DNA of 64,000 nucleotides from Selaginella moellendorffii (lineage: Eukaryota > Plantae > Lycopodiophyta), in contig NW_003314288.1 in the NCBI RefSeq assembly GCF_000143415.4, positions 1,240,056-1,304,055 of the forward strand. The letters run 5' to 3'. The position numbers and the translations under genes are program-made. Positions within the stretch are counted from its first letter, which is position 1. The number at the start of each line of letters is the position of its first letter. This document shows, piece after piece, positions 49,555 to 63,285 of the stretch. Below the pieces are notes generated by a model. It was not told the origin of the DNA. It saw only the letters and a list, made by a program, of their open reading frames with translations, and searched no databases.

Positions 49555-50399
49555 GCAGCAACCGTGGTCCAAACAGCTTTCCGCTGCGCAGTATCAGCAC
49601 TTGAGGCCAGTCCAGCAATTATCTCCACAGCAGTTTCAACAGCAGCAGCAGCAATTAAGACAGCTCCAGAGGCCTCTAGTGTCCCCGGGTGCCAATTTTA
49701 ATCCTCAGGCTGCTGGAACACCGGCGCCAGTTAACCAGCCACCGGAGCCGACCAACAGAATCCTGGGCAAGCGGAGCATTCAGGAGCTTGTCACGCAGGT
49801 ACATGCAATGCTTTCTTCTCGCTTGTGACAAACCTTTTCATTCCGTTTCCTTTTCTTTCAGGTGGATGCCAAAGAGAAGCTTGAGCCGGAAGTGGAGGAT
49901 GCTTTGCTGGAGATAGCCGACGATTTCATCGAAACGGTATACAGCAATACATTTTTGCTGGAAGCCTTCTAATCTTCCTCTTCCATTCGGTGGAATCAGG
50001 TGACGACGTTCGCCTGTGCTCTTGCAAAGCATAGAAAATCTACGGTTTTGGAAGCCAAGGACGTGCTTTTGCATCTAGGTACGGCCGAGCTCTCTCACAG
50101 GGAGTAACTTTAACTCTGGATTTGCAGAGAGGAACTGGCGAATCACACTTCCGGGCTTTGGTGGCGAAGAGTACAGAACGTACAAGAAACCCGTAAGCGC
50201 AATCTTCGTTTTTTCAGTGTATTAACAAGATGGAGATTTGCAGGTAGCTAGCGACGTCCACAAACAGCGCTTGGCAGTGATCAAGAAGTCACAAGCGGCC
50301 TCACCAGCAGAACCAAAAGCCGCCATCGGCAGTCCTCCAGGAATGAAACTGCCTGCTGCGTCGCCAATCCAGTCTCCTCCTGGATCCAGAATGGGATAG
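48286..50399 (+). CDS. TAF12: TFIID/SAGA subunit TAF12 with a Gln-rich N-terminus, multi-exon
   Basis: Spliced histone fold [16 protein letters not shown]...[46 protein letters not shown]. Confidence 0.93.
49508..49561 (+). repeat. CAG/CAA poly-Gln tract in TAF12
   Basis: About 18 consecutive Gln codons. Confidence 0.9.
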
Positions 50400-50553
50400 A
50401 CACCCAAATTTTTCCTTCTCCTGTAAACTAACACAGTGATCTGTATAGAGAACTCCCGCCGGGACGATTGTGATGGAAGTTCTTTGCCGGGAACGATGTA
50501 AATCCCCTGAGCCTGAGGCAGTTAAGAGGCTGATAGAAAAAGCTTCCCGCAAG

Positions 50554-51356
50554 CTAGTCTCGTCGCTGGGAGAAAACCTTTGGTTTGAGCTTGTGAACTA
50601 GTAGCGGTACGATGAAAGCTGCCACGAACGCTGCGAGGAACGGATCTTAGCAAAGAATAAAAGGTAAGCTTGCCGAGAACCTATGTATGTGACTGTGGCT
50701 CCCGAGGCTGCTCTTCCAACAGCAGCTGCCAAGTACAAGAAAACCACAACCTGGGATCATAGAGATCAATGAGATGTTGTCAAGGCAAAGGCAATGGCAA
50801 GAAACAAATACGATCATAGAGGTCACGGAGACGGGTTGTCAAGCAAAAGAGAAGGAAGAAGTACCTTGAAGAAAAGCTTGTAATCGGAGCCACTAGCTGC
50901 CACTCGGAGGACTCCCTCAGTAGCGCCAACCGTATTGGCAATGCATGCCGCGATGGAGGTTGCACACTCTTGCGAGACTTGCCACTCGAGAGGATCGACC
51001 GGGACCCTGGAAGAGAAAACGATGAGTTCTTCAAGCTCTAAGAAAAGGAGACAAACAATCGTGCGAGGAGTAGCCAAAGTGATTTGTATCATCGCAAAGA
51101 AAAATTACGCGATGTTGAAATTCCGGAACGCCAGGCCCAGAATCGCGAGCGACGAGACCAGAACGATGACAACGTCGCAGGCCAGCGACACGAGGCTGCA
51201 ATTCCTGGCCGTGCAGTGGTAATACAGGAGGCTGCCGCAAGCGAGCACCAGCGCCGATAACCCTGGCCTCTTCCACAGCAGCAGCGATCGCAATGGTGAA
51301 ATCTCCGCCATGGCGCTGGCGCTGGCGCCGCCGCCGGCGCCGCCGCATTCGTTCAT
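50554..51356 (-). CDS. Reticulon-like protein (RTNLB22/23 type), 4 exons
   Basis: LLLWKRP...YYHC, VPVDPLEWQVSQE and GATEGVLRVAASGSD. Alternative start at 51311. Confidence 0.85.
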
Positions 51357-51416
51357 CCGCCCCGGATCCACAAACCCTAACAATCCATCCCCACGCGCAA
51401 GAACAAGGAAGAAGAT

Positions 51417-53435
51417 TTAAAGCGCCAGCTCCTGTTCATCCGAGAGCATATTCGAGAGGAGAATGTAGGGAGATTCCACGTCCGTACATGGCTGGCCGAG
51501 CGCCATGGCGGCCACGCGGTTGGCCCGTACGACGTCCATATGAACCCTACACGCGCCCAGGATCATCGTCCACGCCACCTCCACCGGCTCGTAGGGCATG
51601 GCGGCGATGAGCTCCTCCGCGCGATCGATCTTCCCAGCGCGCGCCAGGAGATCCACCATGCATCGAAAGTGCTCGTCGCTTGGATCCACGCCGTGATCGC
51701 CGATCATCGAGTGGAAATTCTCGCGCGCCTCGCGGAGGCGGCCCTGGTGGCTGCACGAGTAGAAGAGGCACTGGAAGCTCACCTGGGAGAGCGCTATGGC
51801 GTCCAAGGCGGCGGCGCGGAGGATCTCCACGGCGGCGGCGTGGCGGCCGTGGTGCGCGTAAGCTCCCGCCATGGCGTTCCAGCACACCACGTCCTTGCGC
51901 GGGATGGCCGCGAAGATCTCGCTCGCGACCGCGAGGCTCCCGCATTTGCCGTAGAGATTGACAAGCACGGATCCAAGCACCGCGTCCGGACTGATCCCCA
52001 GCGCCGCGATCATCTCCTGGTGGATGTGCGCGCCCTCCTTGATCGATCCCAGGCTCGCGCACGCGTCCAGCGCGCTGATCAGCGCGACGCGATTGAGATC
52101 CAGGCCCTCGAGCCGCGTGTGGCGAAAGAGATCCAGCGCTTCTCTTCCCCGCCCCCTCTCCGTGAGCGCTGTGATCATCACTGTCCACGAGAACATGTCC
52201 CGCGACTCCATCCGCGAGAAGATCTCCGCCGCCTCGTCGATCCACCCGGCGTTGAGATACATCTTCACGATCGAGGTCTGGAGCACCACTCCCAGCGGTG
52301 ATCCCGCCGCCGCGAGCTCCAGATAGATCGCGCGGCCGCGCTCCAGCGTGGCGCGGTCGTGGAGCGAGCTAAGAACCCTAGCGAAGCTCCCTTCGTCGGG
52401 AACGATCTCGCGTGCGCGCATTTGCTGGATCAGCTCCAGCGCGCGATCGCCGCGGCCGGTCTGGGCGTAGACCGTGATCATCGCGTTGTAGAGACCGAGA
52501 TCGGGGCGATCGATCGTCTGGAAGGCGCGCTCGGCATCGCCCAAGCTACCGCATCGCCCATACATGGCCACGATCTCGGCGCCAGTGGCGGGATCGATCG
52601 CTCCAGCGGCGAATTCGAGGATCTGGGCGTGCGCGATCCTGCCCTGGGCGAGATCGCCAGCGCCGGAGCACGCATCTAGCACCGAGCTAAACGTGATATC
52701 GTTTGGCATGACTCCTTCGAGCGCCATAGCCCGGAAGAGCCCTAGCGCGCGGGCGTGATCCCCGCGCTGGACGAACCCCGCGATGAGCGACGTCCACGCG
52801 ATCACGCCGCGATCGAGCATGGCATCGAAGACCTCCATCGCGTCGCCGAGGCTGCCGCATCGCGCGTACATGTTGACGAGGCTGTTCTCCACCACGGCGT
52901 TGATCCGGAGGCCCTGGTGGACGATCCTGGCGTGCATCCATCGCCCCAGCGCGAGGTCTCGCGAGCTCGCGGCGATGCCGATCACCGCCGCGCAGGTGAA
53001 GATCGTGGGCTTGATCCCTTGCAGCTCCATCTTCCGGAAGAAGAACAGTGCCTCGAGAAAATGCCCATTCTGGGCAAATGCTACCACGAGAATCGTCCAC
53101 GAGAAAGCGTTTGGATTGGCAATGGATTGGAACGCCGCCATCGCTCGCGAGAGATCCCCGAGCTTGCCATACATTTCTATGGTAAGATTTGTGAGAAGTC
53201 TCTCGCGGCCGAGGCCGATCGCGAGGATGCGCTGGTGGAGGAGATTGGCATCGTGGGCATTTGTGTTGGTGCCGCATTCCCGGATCGCGCTGGCCAGGAG
53301 ATCGCAGCGCTCGTCGTGATCTTGCGCTGCCTCTGCACGATCGAGCAGGCCCTGGACGAGGGCGCTTCGCAGAGATGAGTAGCTCCGAGTGACCGATGGG
53401 AAGATCCAATTCTTCTTTCGTCCCAAGATCATCAA
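51417..53435 (-). CDS. PLS-class PPR protein with E domain (672 aa, intronless)
   Basis: P-L-S triplets. C-terminal CSHQG...HFRCMVDLLARAG...MPYEP..VAW..ILGAC..H...YILLSN. Confidence 0.94.
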   Translation of the reverse strand: MMILGRKKNWIFPSVTRSYSSLRSALVQGLLDRAEAAQDHDERCDLLASAIRECGTNTNAHDANLLHQRILAIGLGRERLLTNLTIEMYGKLGDLSRAMAAFQSIANPNAFSWTILVVAFAQNGHFLEALFFFRKMELQGIKPTIFTCAAVIGIAASSRDLALGRWMHARIVHQGLRINAVVENSLVNMYARCGSLGDAMEVFDAMLDRGVIAWTSLIAGFVQRGDHARALGLFRAMALEGVMPNDITFSSVLDACSGAGDLAQGRIAHAQILEFAAGAIDPATGAEIVAMYGRCGSLGDAERAFQTIDRPDLGLYNAMITVYAQTGRGDRALELIQQMRAREIVPDEGSFARVLSSLHDRATLERGRAIYLELAAAGSPLGVVLQTSIVKMYLNAGWIDEAAEIFSRMESRDMFSWTVMITALTERGRGREALDLFRHTRLEGLDLNRVALISALDACASLGSIKEGAHIHQEMIAALGISPDAVLGSVLVNLYGKCGSLAVASEIFAAIPRKDVVCWNAMAGAYAHHGRHAAAVEILRAAALDAIALSQVSFQCLFYSCSHQGRLREARENFHSMIGDHGVDPSDEHFRCMVDLLARAGKIDRAEELIAAMPYEPVEVAWTMILGACRVHMDVVRANRVAAMALGQPCTDVESPYILLSNMLSDEQELAL

Positions 53436-53584
53436 GCTATGGGTCTTGCGATGATAGTGCCAAGTTTCCAGGAAATTTTTCTTTCTTCTTAGCTCCTCTC
53501 AAGTAAAATTTCTTGCCAAATTCTCGGCACTGAGATCTAAATCATGTGTAGGCTACTCTCTTTCGCGATTCTCTTACCACCATT

Positions 53585-54939
53585 CTATACATTCTCCTCC
53601 GCGGCGTTCGCGTTATCGTTCTCCCTGGGATTATCGTTTAGCCTCTCTTCCAGCGCTCGAGCCCCGCGTTCCCTGTATGAAATGAACTTCCTGAGAACTC
53701 CACCACTATGAGAAATCTGATTTACCTTCGTCTTGAGGCTTCGATCGGATCCGATCCAGGTAGAGGTCCACTGCCATCCCCACGATCGTCTTCCAAGTTT
53801 GCAGTGCTTTGATTCCTACGCCCGCAACAAAGTTTGTCGCAAAACGTCGCAACTGGATGCACGACTGGCCTGATGGAAAATCAAAACCAGAAGTGAATGA
53901 AAGATGGGTTGCGTGATTCTCAGTTACCTCATGAACTGCGGGAAGAAAGTCGAGAACGCGAACTCGTCGCTGGAGTCGCCTTTCACGTTCTTGGCCTCGG
54001 GTTTGGTTTGATGGTATCGCAAGTAAATCCAGCTGATATAAGTTCCAGGAATGATGTAAGGGGCAGCGAGGAACGCATCCGGGACGACCAAGTAGAGTAC
54101 TGCAAAGAATGCGACGAGCAAGGATGGAAACCACTGCACAAAAGCCAGACAGACGTTTCAACTTCTATAGTTCTAGAAGATATTCAGAGAACACCTTTGC
54201 ACGTAGCTTGATTTTTGGGAGCTCGTAATCGGGCATAAGTTGCTTCACCGCAACGAGAAACCCTGCAAGCACTCCAGAGAATCCAGAGATTGGCACATAC
54301 CTGAAAGGAAAGACGACGACTCAAAACCGGAGAGAAAAGAAAGAACAAAAACTCACAAGTATTTCCCCTGGCTCGTAACGTAGTACAAGAACACCGAGAG
54401 GGCAAAAGTGGTGATCGTAGTGAAGAAATTGACAAGGATGATGAACAGGGACATTCCTCTCGAAGTCCATATAGGTTCCAGCAATTTCCCGAAGAAGACG
54501 ATCCCAAGAACACTAGAAACAAGCTGCAATGATCCAAGGTAGAAGCCAGTGTCAGTGACTGGAATCGACGAAAAGTCCTAGCACTGTGCTTACTTACACC
54601 CAGAAAAGTGTGCTCGAAGTAACCGGCAGTGACAACATTCCACGCGAATGGTATAGTTCTGGCGAATGGATCCCAGACCGTCAGCACGAAAGAAGCAAAG
54701 CAAGATAGAATTCCTCACCTCCCGGGAACCAATGCGAGGTACTCCACAGTCCAGGGAAGAACAAGCGCTAGAACATACCCCGTCGCAAATACCAGCGCCA
54801 GGCCTTTGGACAGGCGCGTGGATCCAAACAGCGACCAAGCTCCCTGGATGCAAATTACGCAAATGCTGCTATAGATCTAGCGAAAAATGCGAGAGATCGA
54901 GAGATATTTCTTCCTTACATCGCCAGACGCTAGCGCCAT
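53585..54939 (-). CDS. Rhomboid-like protein 19 / TMEM115 (DUF1751) homolog, multi-exon
   Basis: Spliced TRLSKGLALV, RTIPFAWNVVTAGYFE, GTYISWIYLRY, GDSSDEFAFSTFFP and RRRERGARALEERL. Confidence 0.88.
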
Positions 54940-55037
54940 CGCTGTCTCGCAGCCCGGGAGCCCTAAGATGAGAATGGGCCATGGCCTAAATTTTTTCAAG
55001 TAGTAGACAACTTGGACACTCTCCAAGGGTTTGTGTT

Positions 55038-56516
55038 ATGCTGGGAGGAAACGCTGGAGTAGGGTTTGGGGAGATGGCCGCGAATGCGATGCTGGACAGG
55101 CGGCGCGAGATGGCCACCGCCGAGCAGCTAGTGCTGGAGCTCATCGTCCCGGAGCAGCGGGAGAACGCGCTCCTGGATTTGTCCAAGGTAAGATTGGATT
55201 GCGCCGGCATTCTTCTCCTCCGGGATTCTGAGCTCCATGGCTTGTTGCAGAAGAGGGAATCCTTCCAGGAGCTCGCTCCGATGCTGTGGTACTCGTGCGG
55301 GACAATCGCGGGGCTCTTGCAGGTGTGGTTTTGTGTTTTTTTTTTTTTTCTTCTACTTCTTCTAGTTTGTAAGCTCTTAGAACACTACCTACAGGAGATT
55401 GTATCTATTTATCCAATGCTTTCGCCTCCAACCTTGACGGCTGGTGCTTCGAATCGCGTTTGCAACGCTCTGGCTCTTCTCCAGGTCTGTGCTCTTGTTT
55501 TTCTCTTCACTTCGGTGACAATGTATCAATCCTCACGACCATGTTTTGTGTCCAGTGCGTGGCTTCGCATCCGGAAACGCGGACCCTCTTTCTCAACGGT
55601 GAGACCCAAACAACTTTTCGATCGTGTTCTTCGTCTCGTGACTTTGGTGCGGTCGTTGTTTGCAGCACATATTCCATTGTATTTGTATCCTTTCTTGAAC
55701 ACCGTCAGCAAGTCGCGACCATTTGAGTACTTGCGTCTCACTAGCCTTGGCGTTATCGGTGCTTTAGTAAAGGTAAGCAAGCGACTCTTCTAAAGTGGTT
55801 CTTTTCGTGCGATGGATGACACACGAACCTCTTGCAGGTTGATGATACTGACGTGATCAACTTCCTGCTGTCGACTGAAATCATCCCACTTTGCCTGCGT
55901 ACTATGGAGATGGGCAGCGAGCTCTCCAAGACGGTTCTCTCTCTTTTTTAAAAAAGTTTTCTCCTGCTACTCCAGCACTGAAATGTTGCTCCGTCACTGC
56001 AGGTCGCGACTTTCATCGTCCAGAAGATTCTGCTGGATGATGTAGGGCTCGCATACATTTGTGCAACGGCCGAGAGATTCTTCGCCGTGAGTGCAGTTTT
56101 AGGAAACATGGTACAGGCTCTTGCAGAAACACCGTCGTCTCGCCTGCTCAAGCACATCATACGTTGCTATCTCCGTCTATCAGACAATCCCAGGTACCTC
56201 TTTTGCCCTGGATTTGGATTTGACGTTTTGTAACCTCTCGCGTTGGCCGGCACAGGGCTTGTGAGGCGTTAAAGACGTGCCTTCCAGAGTATCTCCGCGA
56301 CAACACCTTCAGCAATTGCTTACGGGTAAGCAAGAGCTTTGAGACTTTTCGTTTCGAGCGTAAGATCAAGTTTTCTTCCAGGAGGATGCTGGAACTCGGC
56401 GATGGTTGACACAACTCCTGATCAACGTCGGGGTTGCTCCTCTCCATCCCCAGCGAGTTCCCGGGGGCATCCCAGGCGCCCCTTTGAGTGCCATGGAGCA
56501 GCTACTAACCGGGTAA
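55038..56516 (+). CDS. CNOT9: CCR4-NOT subunit 9 (RCD1/Caf40), multi-exon
   Basis: [52 protein letters not shown] and [15 protein letters not shown]. Start at 55038 or 55074. Confidence 0.96.
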
Positions 56517-57397
56517 ACACACACACACAACTTAAGAGGCTTAAGAACATCGGAGGAAAGGAACACAGGGCGGTACTTACACTGGGAGAGAGCGGCAAAA
56601 TCTCGCTTCTCCCGCAAGGAAACAAGGCGATATCAGATCATCAGTCTGTCTTGACAACGAAAGTTTTGGAGTGACGCTGCTGCTACTGTTGCTGCTGCGG
56701 CGGATTAAATTAACTCGTTCTAAGTGGGGAAGACTCGTTCGGTCGTGTACCATAGCATGGCGGATTCAAAGCTCGGTGATGGTGAAAAAAATAATTTTGG
56801 AGGGGACGTGGCAGAGAGCTCGTTTCCTTGGGACAAAAAAACGTTTTTTTTTATGCTGTGACAGTGGCTCTCGTGGAGCAAAACCATACGATGTAAGAAG
56901 TAAAAAATAAGATGGAACGAAGGCTCGATTCTACTATAGGCCTAGTTTTTGATTAAATTATCAAGCTACATTGAATTGCACACCCACCAGCCATATGTGA
57001 TCCCGAAAGAACGACGAAAACGCAACCATAGCGGGGAGAAAGAAAACTCTCAAGAACACCTCCTACATGGAAAGAGCCAAGGAAAAAAGGACCACCAAAA
57101 CACACGTAGTAGAAAACGAGAGGAGGCTTTTAGCGGCGAGGAGCGAGAAAGAAAGCGAAGTAAAAAAAAGAAAAAAGAACTTTGAAAAAAACCAATAGAG
57201 ATTTGATCGAGCTCCAAGCTGTGGAGCTCGATCGATCGAGAAACACCTCCTTTCTCTCACAACATTTTTTTTTTTTTTTGTTTTCTCTCTTTTGCTGCCT
57301 CTCCGCTGCTCGATCTTCTTCGTTATGAACAAGGCCACACGATGGATGAAAAGAACCAACCTTAGAAACTCTGATGATCTTGTGCTCGCTCGCTCGC

Positions 57398-58099
57398 TTA
57401 GATCTTTTCGATCTTGTCGGCCTTGACGACGGGATTCGCCTTGGCGATGGCCTCGCGCCCCGCGGCCTTGTAATCAAAAGAGCAATTGTGCTTGTCCGAG
57501 TACCTGTGCATGGAGCAAAACACGTCCCCGCAGCGGCACTTGAATCCGGTCAAGCCGAGGCGCTTCCGGCAAGCCAGGCAGCGATTTGACAGCCGCGGCT
57601 TCTCCTGGGAAGCCGAGGAATCGTCCTCGGTTACCAAGGTGGTGGCGGCGGTGGCGATGGTGGTAGAAGTACGACTGGTAGCTATGGCGGCAAGAGCTTC
57701 TTCTTTCGCTGCTGGAGTAGCAGCAGCAGCAGCAGCAGTAGTGGTGGTGGTGATCATCGTTTCCTCGAGGTGTCCGTGGTGGTGGTGTTTGCTTGGCTGG
57801 AGCTGGAGATGGTCGGTCGCCTCGTCAGCAATGGCGAGCTCGAATTGGGCGGTGGAGGTGGCGGTGGCGGTGGCGGCGCCCTGGAGGCCCTTGATCGCGG
57901 CGATGTCGATGGCGGTGGCGGGCGACGCCGGCGACACCGCCGCCGCCTTGCTGCTCGACTGCTCCCGGTAGCACTTGGAGCACAAATTCATGGTGGCCAC
58001 GCTGCCAAAGAAGCCGCAATTGTTGGCGCAAAGCACCGGGCCCTCGGGGAGCTGGCACCCCGCCGCCTCCTCCTCCCTCTTCCAGCTCTCTTGCGCCAT
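57398..58099 (-). CDS. A20/AN1 zinc-finger stress-associated protein (SAP)
   Basis: [20 protein letters not shown] (A20) and [26 protein letters not shown]...HNC (AN1). Confidence 0.96.
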   Translation of the reverse strand: MAQESWKREEEAAGCQLPEGPVLCANNCGFFGSVATMNLCSKCYREQSSSKAAAVSPASPATAIDIAAIKGLQGAATATATSTAQFELAIADEATDHLQLQPSKHHHHGHLEETMITTTTTAAAAAATPAAKEEALAAIATSRTSTTIATAATTLVTEDDSSASQEKPRLSNRCLACRKRLGLTGFKCRCGDVFCSMHRYSDKHNCSFDYKAAGREAIAKANPVVKADKIEKI

Positions 58100-58454
58100 T
58101 CTTCCCCTTGCGCTACTCTAGATCTCCGCGCCGCCTCGCAGAATCTACCTGGGGGGAATCTCGCGGACCCAAGCGAGGCGGCGAGCGGCGAGCGGCGAGC
58201 GGCGCTGTGGTGTAGATCCGACCAGCGGCGCGCTGGATCCAGCCAAGCCCGGCGCCTCCGCAGCGATTCCCACAAACCCTCCCAGCGCGAGGAGGACGAG
58301 CCAAGGGCGGCGGCGAGCGAGGTGAAAGAAAGGAAGGAGTGAGCGAAGAAGAACAAGGACACGAGACCCTATGACACTGTCCACATTGGCGAAGAAAATG
58401 TGATTCGATTTTACATGGAAAGCCGCCCACGCTGCCCGGGATGCCCGAACACCC

Positions 58455-58545
58455 GACGTGGCCTGCCCGGCCCCGCCAGCTGCTGGTTTGGTACGCCACG
58501 TCCTCCGCGGTTTCGTGTGACGTGGTGGCGCCGGGCCACGTGTGT
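58455..58545. promoter_or_regulatory. ABRE/G-box cluster between the divergent SAP and RabE genes
   Basis: ACGTGGC, GCCACGT, TGACGTGG and GCCACGTG within ~90 bp. Confidence 0.5.
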
Positions 58546-58843
58546 TCGTACGGGCACCTTTATTTTTTCCCGCGTACGGAGGGGAATGTTTCGTGCTTGA
58601 CGTTAGGTTAGGTTTGGTGGGGGCAAAAAATATAAGAGTAAATTTAGGGTAGGAGAAAGACGACAGGGGCTTGGCGGCATCGCGGCGTGGATCGGCCATG
58701 GATCGCCAGCAGCGATCGTGAGGAGACGGATGTGTCGTCTTCGCTGGTACTCGGATCTCTTGTTTTGTGTGGATTTAGGGCTTTGATTTGGCGGCATTGC
58801 GCCCCCGAGCGAGGGGTTTTGATCCCGTCCGTGAGCAGCGGCC

Positions 58844-59985
<1,142 letters not shown>

Positions 59986-60126
59986 TTTGATCTTTGCAAC
60001 GCGAGGAAAGAAAATAAAAAAACAAAGCAAACACAAGTAAGAAGAAGGAAAAAAGAAAGTAAGAAAGGAGCCAAGAAATCTACAACTTGCCGTGTGATTT
60101 TGTGCTAAAACTTCGTACCGATTGAC

Positions 60127-60567
60127 TCAAGAGTCGTGTTTGGAGGCCTTCTCGAAGCACAGCTCCAAGTACTCGAGCCTGGTTACAAGCGTTCGTCGCT
60201 CGGCCATGACTCTACTCAGCAATCTCTCGCTGCGCCAGTAGTCTTGCTCTAGATCTTCCAGTTTTCTCTCCAGATCGATGCTGTCGTCGTCCAGATCTTG
60301 GACGGATTTTTGCAACCAGTGTACATGGTTTTCCAGCTGCAACCAAGACGACTGTGTCAGATCTCTTTTTAAATGTGTCCAACTTACGGCTTTCTCGGTG
60401 CCAGGTGGAGTGATCATCCTGAAAATGAGTGCTGACAAGAACTTGGAGTAGTGGAAAAACACGGCCACGTAGAATAAAAGCGTCCGGCAGCACGGGAGCA
60501 CCAAAGAGCAGTAGCCAAAGAGAAGGATTTGGAGCTCCCACTCGATCAGCGCTCCAAAGCAGTCCAT
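60127..60567 (-). CDS. Putative small protein with a hydrophobic N-terminus and coiled-coil C-terminus (146 aa)
   Basis: Fills the space between Rab and rhodanese. Heptad-like LQKSVQDLDDDSIDLERKLEDLE. No family recognised. Confidence 0.5.
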   Translation of the reverse strand: MDCFGALIEWELQILLFGYCSLVLPCCRTLLFYVAVFFHYSKFLSALIFRMITPPGTEKAVSWTHLKRDLTQSSWLQLENHVHWLQKSVQDLDDDSIDLERKLEDLEQDYWRSERLLSRVMAERRTLVTRLEYLELCFEKASKHDS

Positions 60568-60741
60568 TTTTGTTGATCTTTCCTCCAAGAACTCTCTCCC
60601 GAGCTTGAATTTCTCGCGGGGTTTTTTGCCACTTGTCCAGCGAATTGTCTGCCACGTCACGATAAAAAGAATTGCTACGTCTGCAAGCAACCCAACCACA
60701 TTATCTAGAAGAATCGCCACGTCAGATTTACCGCCAAAGAT

Positions 60742-61776
60742 ATGGCTATGGCCGCCAAGACGCACTCGCAGTGGACGCTCTCTAGCGGCTGCTCGTCCTC
60801 GAGAGGCTACACGAGGTAAAGTTTTCGGATTTACAGTGCTGCCCGCATTGATCTGGAACAGGATTTTAGAGCTAGGAGCATGAAATGGAGGAGGAGCTCC
60901 AATTACCTCGCAAGAGCTGCTACAAGCACTGCCATTGTGGCCGCTGGAATCAAGTATGTTGATGGAGAGGAGGCCAAGAAGCTTGTCACGGAGGAAGGCT
61001 ACAGTGTGGTCGATGTCCGCGATAAGTCTCAGTTTGATCGAGCGCATATCAAACCGTCCACGCACGTCCCACTGTTTACAGTGAACACCGATGGAGATAT
61101 CAGTAAGAATTCTTGCTTTCTTTTCCGAGTTTTTCTCTGTTACCTCGGCTTAAGTTGACGCTCTTTCCATTCTTCCAGGTACCTCGATCAGGCGAGTGAT
61201 GCACAATGGATTCGCCGGGCTGTTTTACGGAATAGCGTTCACGAAACCAAACTCCAACTTCGTCGCTGATGTTGAGCGGAGTTTTTCTAAAGACAGCAAG
61301 CTGTTACTCGTCTGCCAGGAAGGCTTAAGGTGAGAGTGAGAGATACACTAAGTTACCTTGAAGGCGAGCGTTTCTTTGTCTTGACCATTTGATTCTTTCA
61401 GGTCTGGACAAGCAGCCGAGAAGCTGGAAGAAGCTGGATTCCGAAACTTGGCATTTATTGACAATGGGCTGCAAAAAGTTAAGCCAGGTAAGCAAAACAA
61501 AAAAAAGGGGGTAGAAAGATTCTTAAGTTGTACCCCTTGAAGCAGATCTTTTCGCAACAGAGGGTCCCAAGCAGCTCCAGGACGCAGGAAAAGCGGGCCT
61601 GGTCACCATCCAAGGCCAATTCTCCGTGGTCCTTGGGGCCATTTTAGTTTGTAAGATTTTCTTCCTGAATCGTCAGAACCGAAGAAAAAAGAATCTAACT
61701 ATGAAACTTTCCAGCCGCGTACCTCTTCTTGACACTGTTTCCAACGCAAGCGGAGGAGCTCTTCTTCAAGAAGTGA
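60742..61776 (+). CDS. Rhodanese-like domain protein (STR11 type, plastid), multi-exon
   Basis: VDVRDKSQFDRAHIK, HNGFAGLFYGIAFTKPN, LLVCQEGLRS and LQDAGKAGLVTIQG. Confidence 0.88.
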
Positions 61777-61802
61777 CTGAGTCGCTGGAATTTTGTATCT
61801 GT

Positions 61803-63285
61803 TTATTTCGATCTCAAGATATATGATACACTTTCTAAAGGATATTTCTTCATTGTCCTTGGCCATAATTCACGCTTCCTCTCATCGTAGCGCTGGAACC
61901 GCTGCCTCGCATACTCGAGGAAATCAAAGTCAATGTCTGAGATAGCTGCCTGTAGAAAAGGAAAGATATTTTTCCAGAGTGAGATGAAAACCTTAAGCAG
62001 CAAACTGAGACAGACGCACGACACGTCACAGGAAAAGTAGACAACACGTACCGAAATTATTCCCCAGAGGCCCCAGTGCAAGTGGCTCGCAAGTTCATAC
62101 AGATCAACTCGGAGCAGTAGCGTGTCCACATCTCCTCGACTCGCTTTTGATCCGGAGGAATCCAGGTATGCTTCTATGAATCTTCGCCGCTCATCTTCAT
62201 CTGCCGAATGAGAGCAACAGTGTAAGCTCTCGCAATTAAAATGCTCTCTCTCGTTTTCTCGACGAGACAAGGCGAAAAGTACTTGCCTGGATACTTGGCA
62301 TAGTCCAGCCGGTGGGGAGATTCCGTGTGATAATCGGCAGCCATCTCGCAGAAGTGATTCGCAATGTCAAACGCCACGGGATTGTAGCTGGCGTACTCGT
62401 AGTCCTGTTAAGCACCAACGTTAATTAGATTGAGAAAACTAAAGAAGAGAAAGAAGATCCACCAAGCAAAAAGGCCTTGAAAGAAACGCACTATAATGGT
62501 CAGAGCGTCGGTGGCATCGTTGTGCATGATATTCCCGTATTGTAAATCGTTGTGGCAAAACCCAATCACATCGCCAGGCTCCGGGATGGTTCTCTCGGCC
62601 TCGCGAATCTCCGACTCCAATCTCTTCATGTGGAATTCTTGCATCGATTGAGGCGAGCATAGCTTCTCCGCCTTTTGGAGCCAGTCCCTGCGATCGAAAT
62701 TCTCAGTGTAGAGATCGTTTGTAAGGCTATAGCTGTGTACCTCAAGCGCTCCCACAGCTTAGGCTCGTGCGATTCCGGCAAATCCAGGCGATGGAATTCC
62801 CACATCTTGGCCGCAATCCGTGCGGAGATTCCAGGATCGCGAAGATCGGCAGCCGTGAGCGTCTGCAAGAAATTCCAATCCGTCATCGCGGTTGCAAGAA
62901 AGCCAAGGGAAAAGGAGACACAAACCCTGGCGTGGATGAATTCCTCCACTCGGCCATTGGGGAATCGGCCAAGAAGACGCGGCCCCTGGCCCTTGCGCGA
63001 CACGAATTCGAAAATCCGGACCTCGTCCTCCCGCTTGAACAGGATGTCGACGCTGTCGCCGTAAATCCTCACCAGCGCCTTGCGCTGCTGCTCGCCGACC
63101 CTGCCGCTCCCCCCCGGCCACTGGCACTCGTAGATGTGATTCGTCATAGCTCCCTTGAGCGGCCTCCATGTCACGTCCAGAGCATCCAAGACATCCGGCC
63201 ACTTCCCGGCGAGCTTGTGGAGAAGGGGGAAAACTTCGCTGGGGATGATCCCGCTTGAAACTTCGCTATCGTCGAGTGATCCCAT
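61803..63285 (-). CDS. Choline/ethanolamine kinase, multi-exon
   Basis: [24 protein letters not shown], Brenner motif [32 protein letters not shown] and [12 protein letters not shown]. Confidence 0.95.

Noticed and set aside
60568-61065. N-terminal half of the 312-aa minus-strand ORF
   Set aside because: Antisense to rhodanese exons and the shared promoter.
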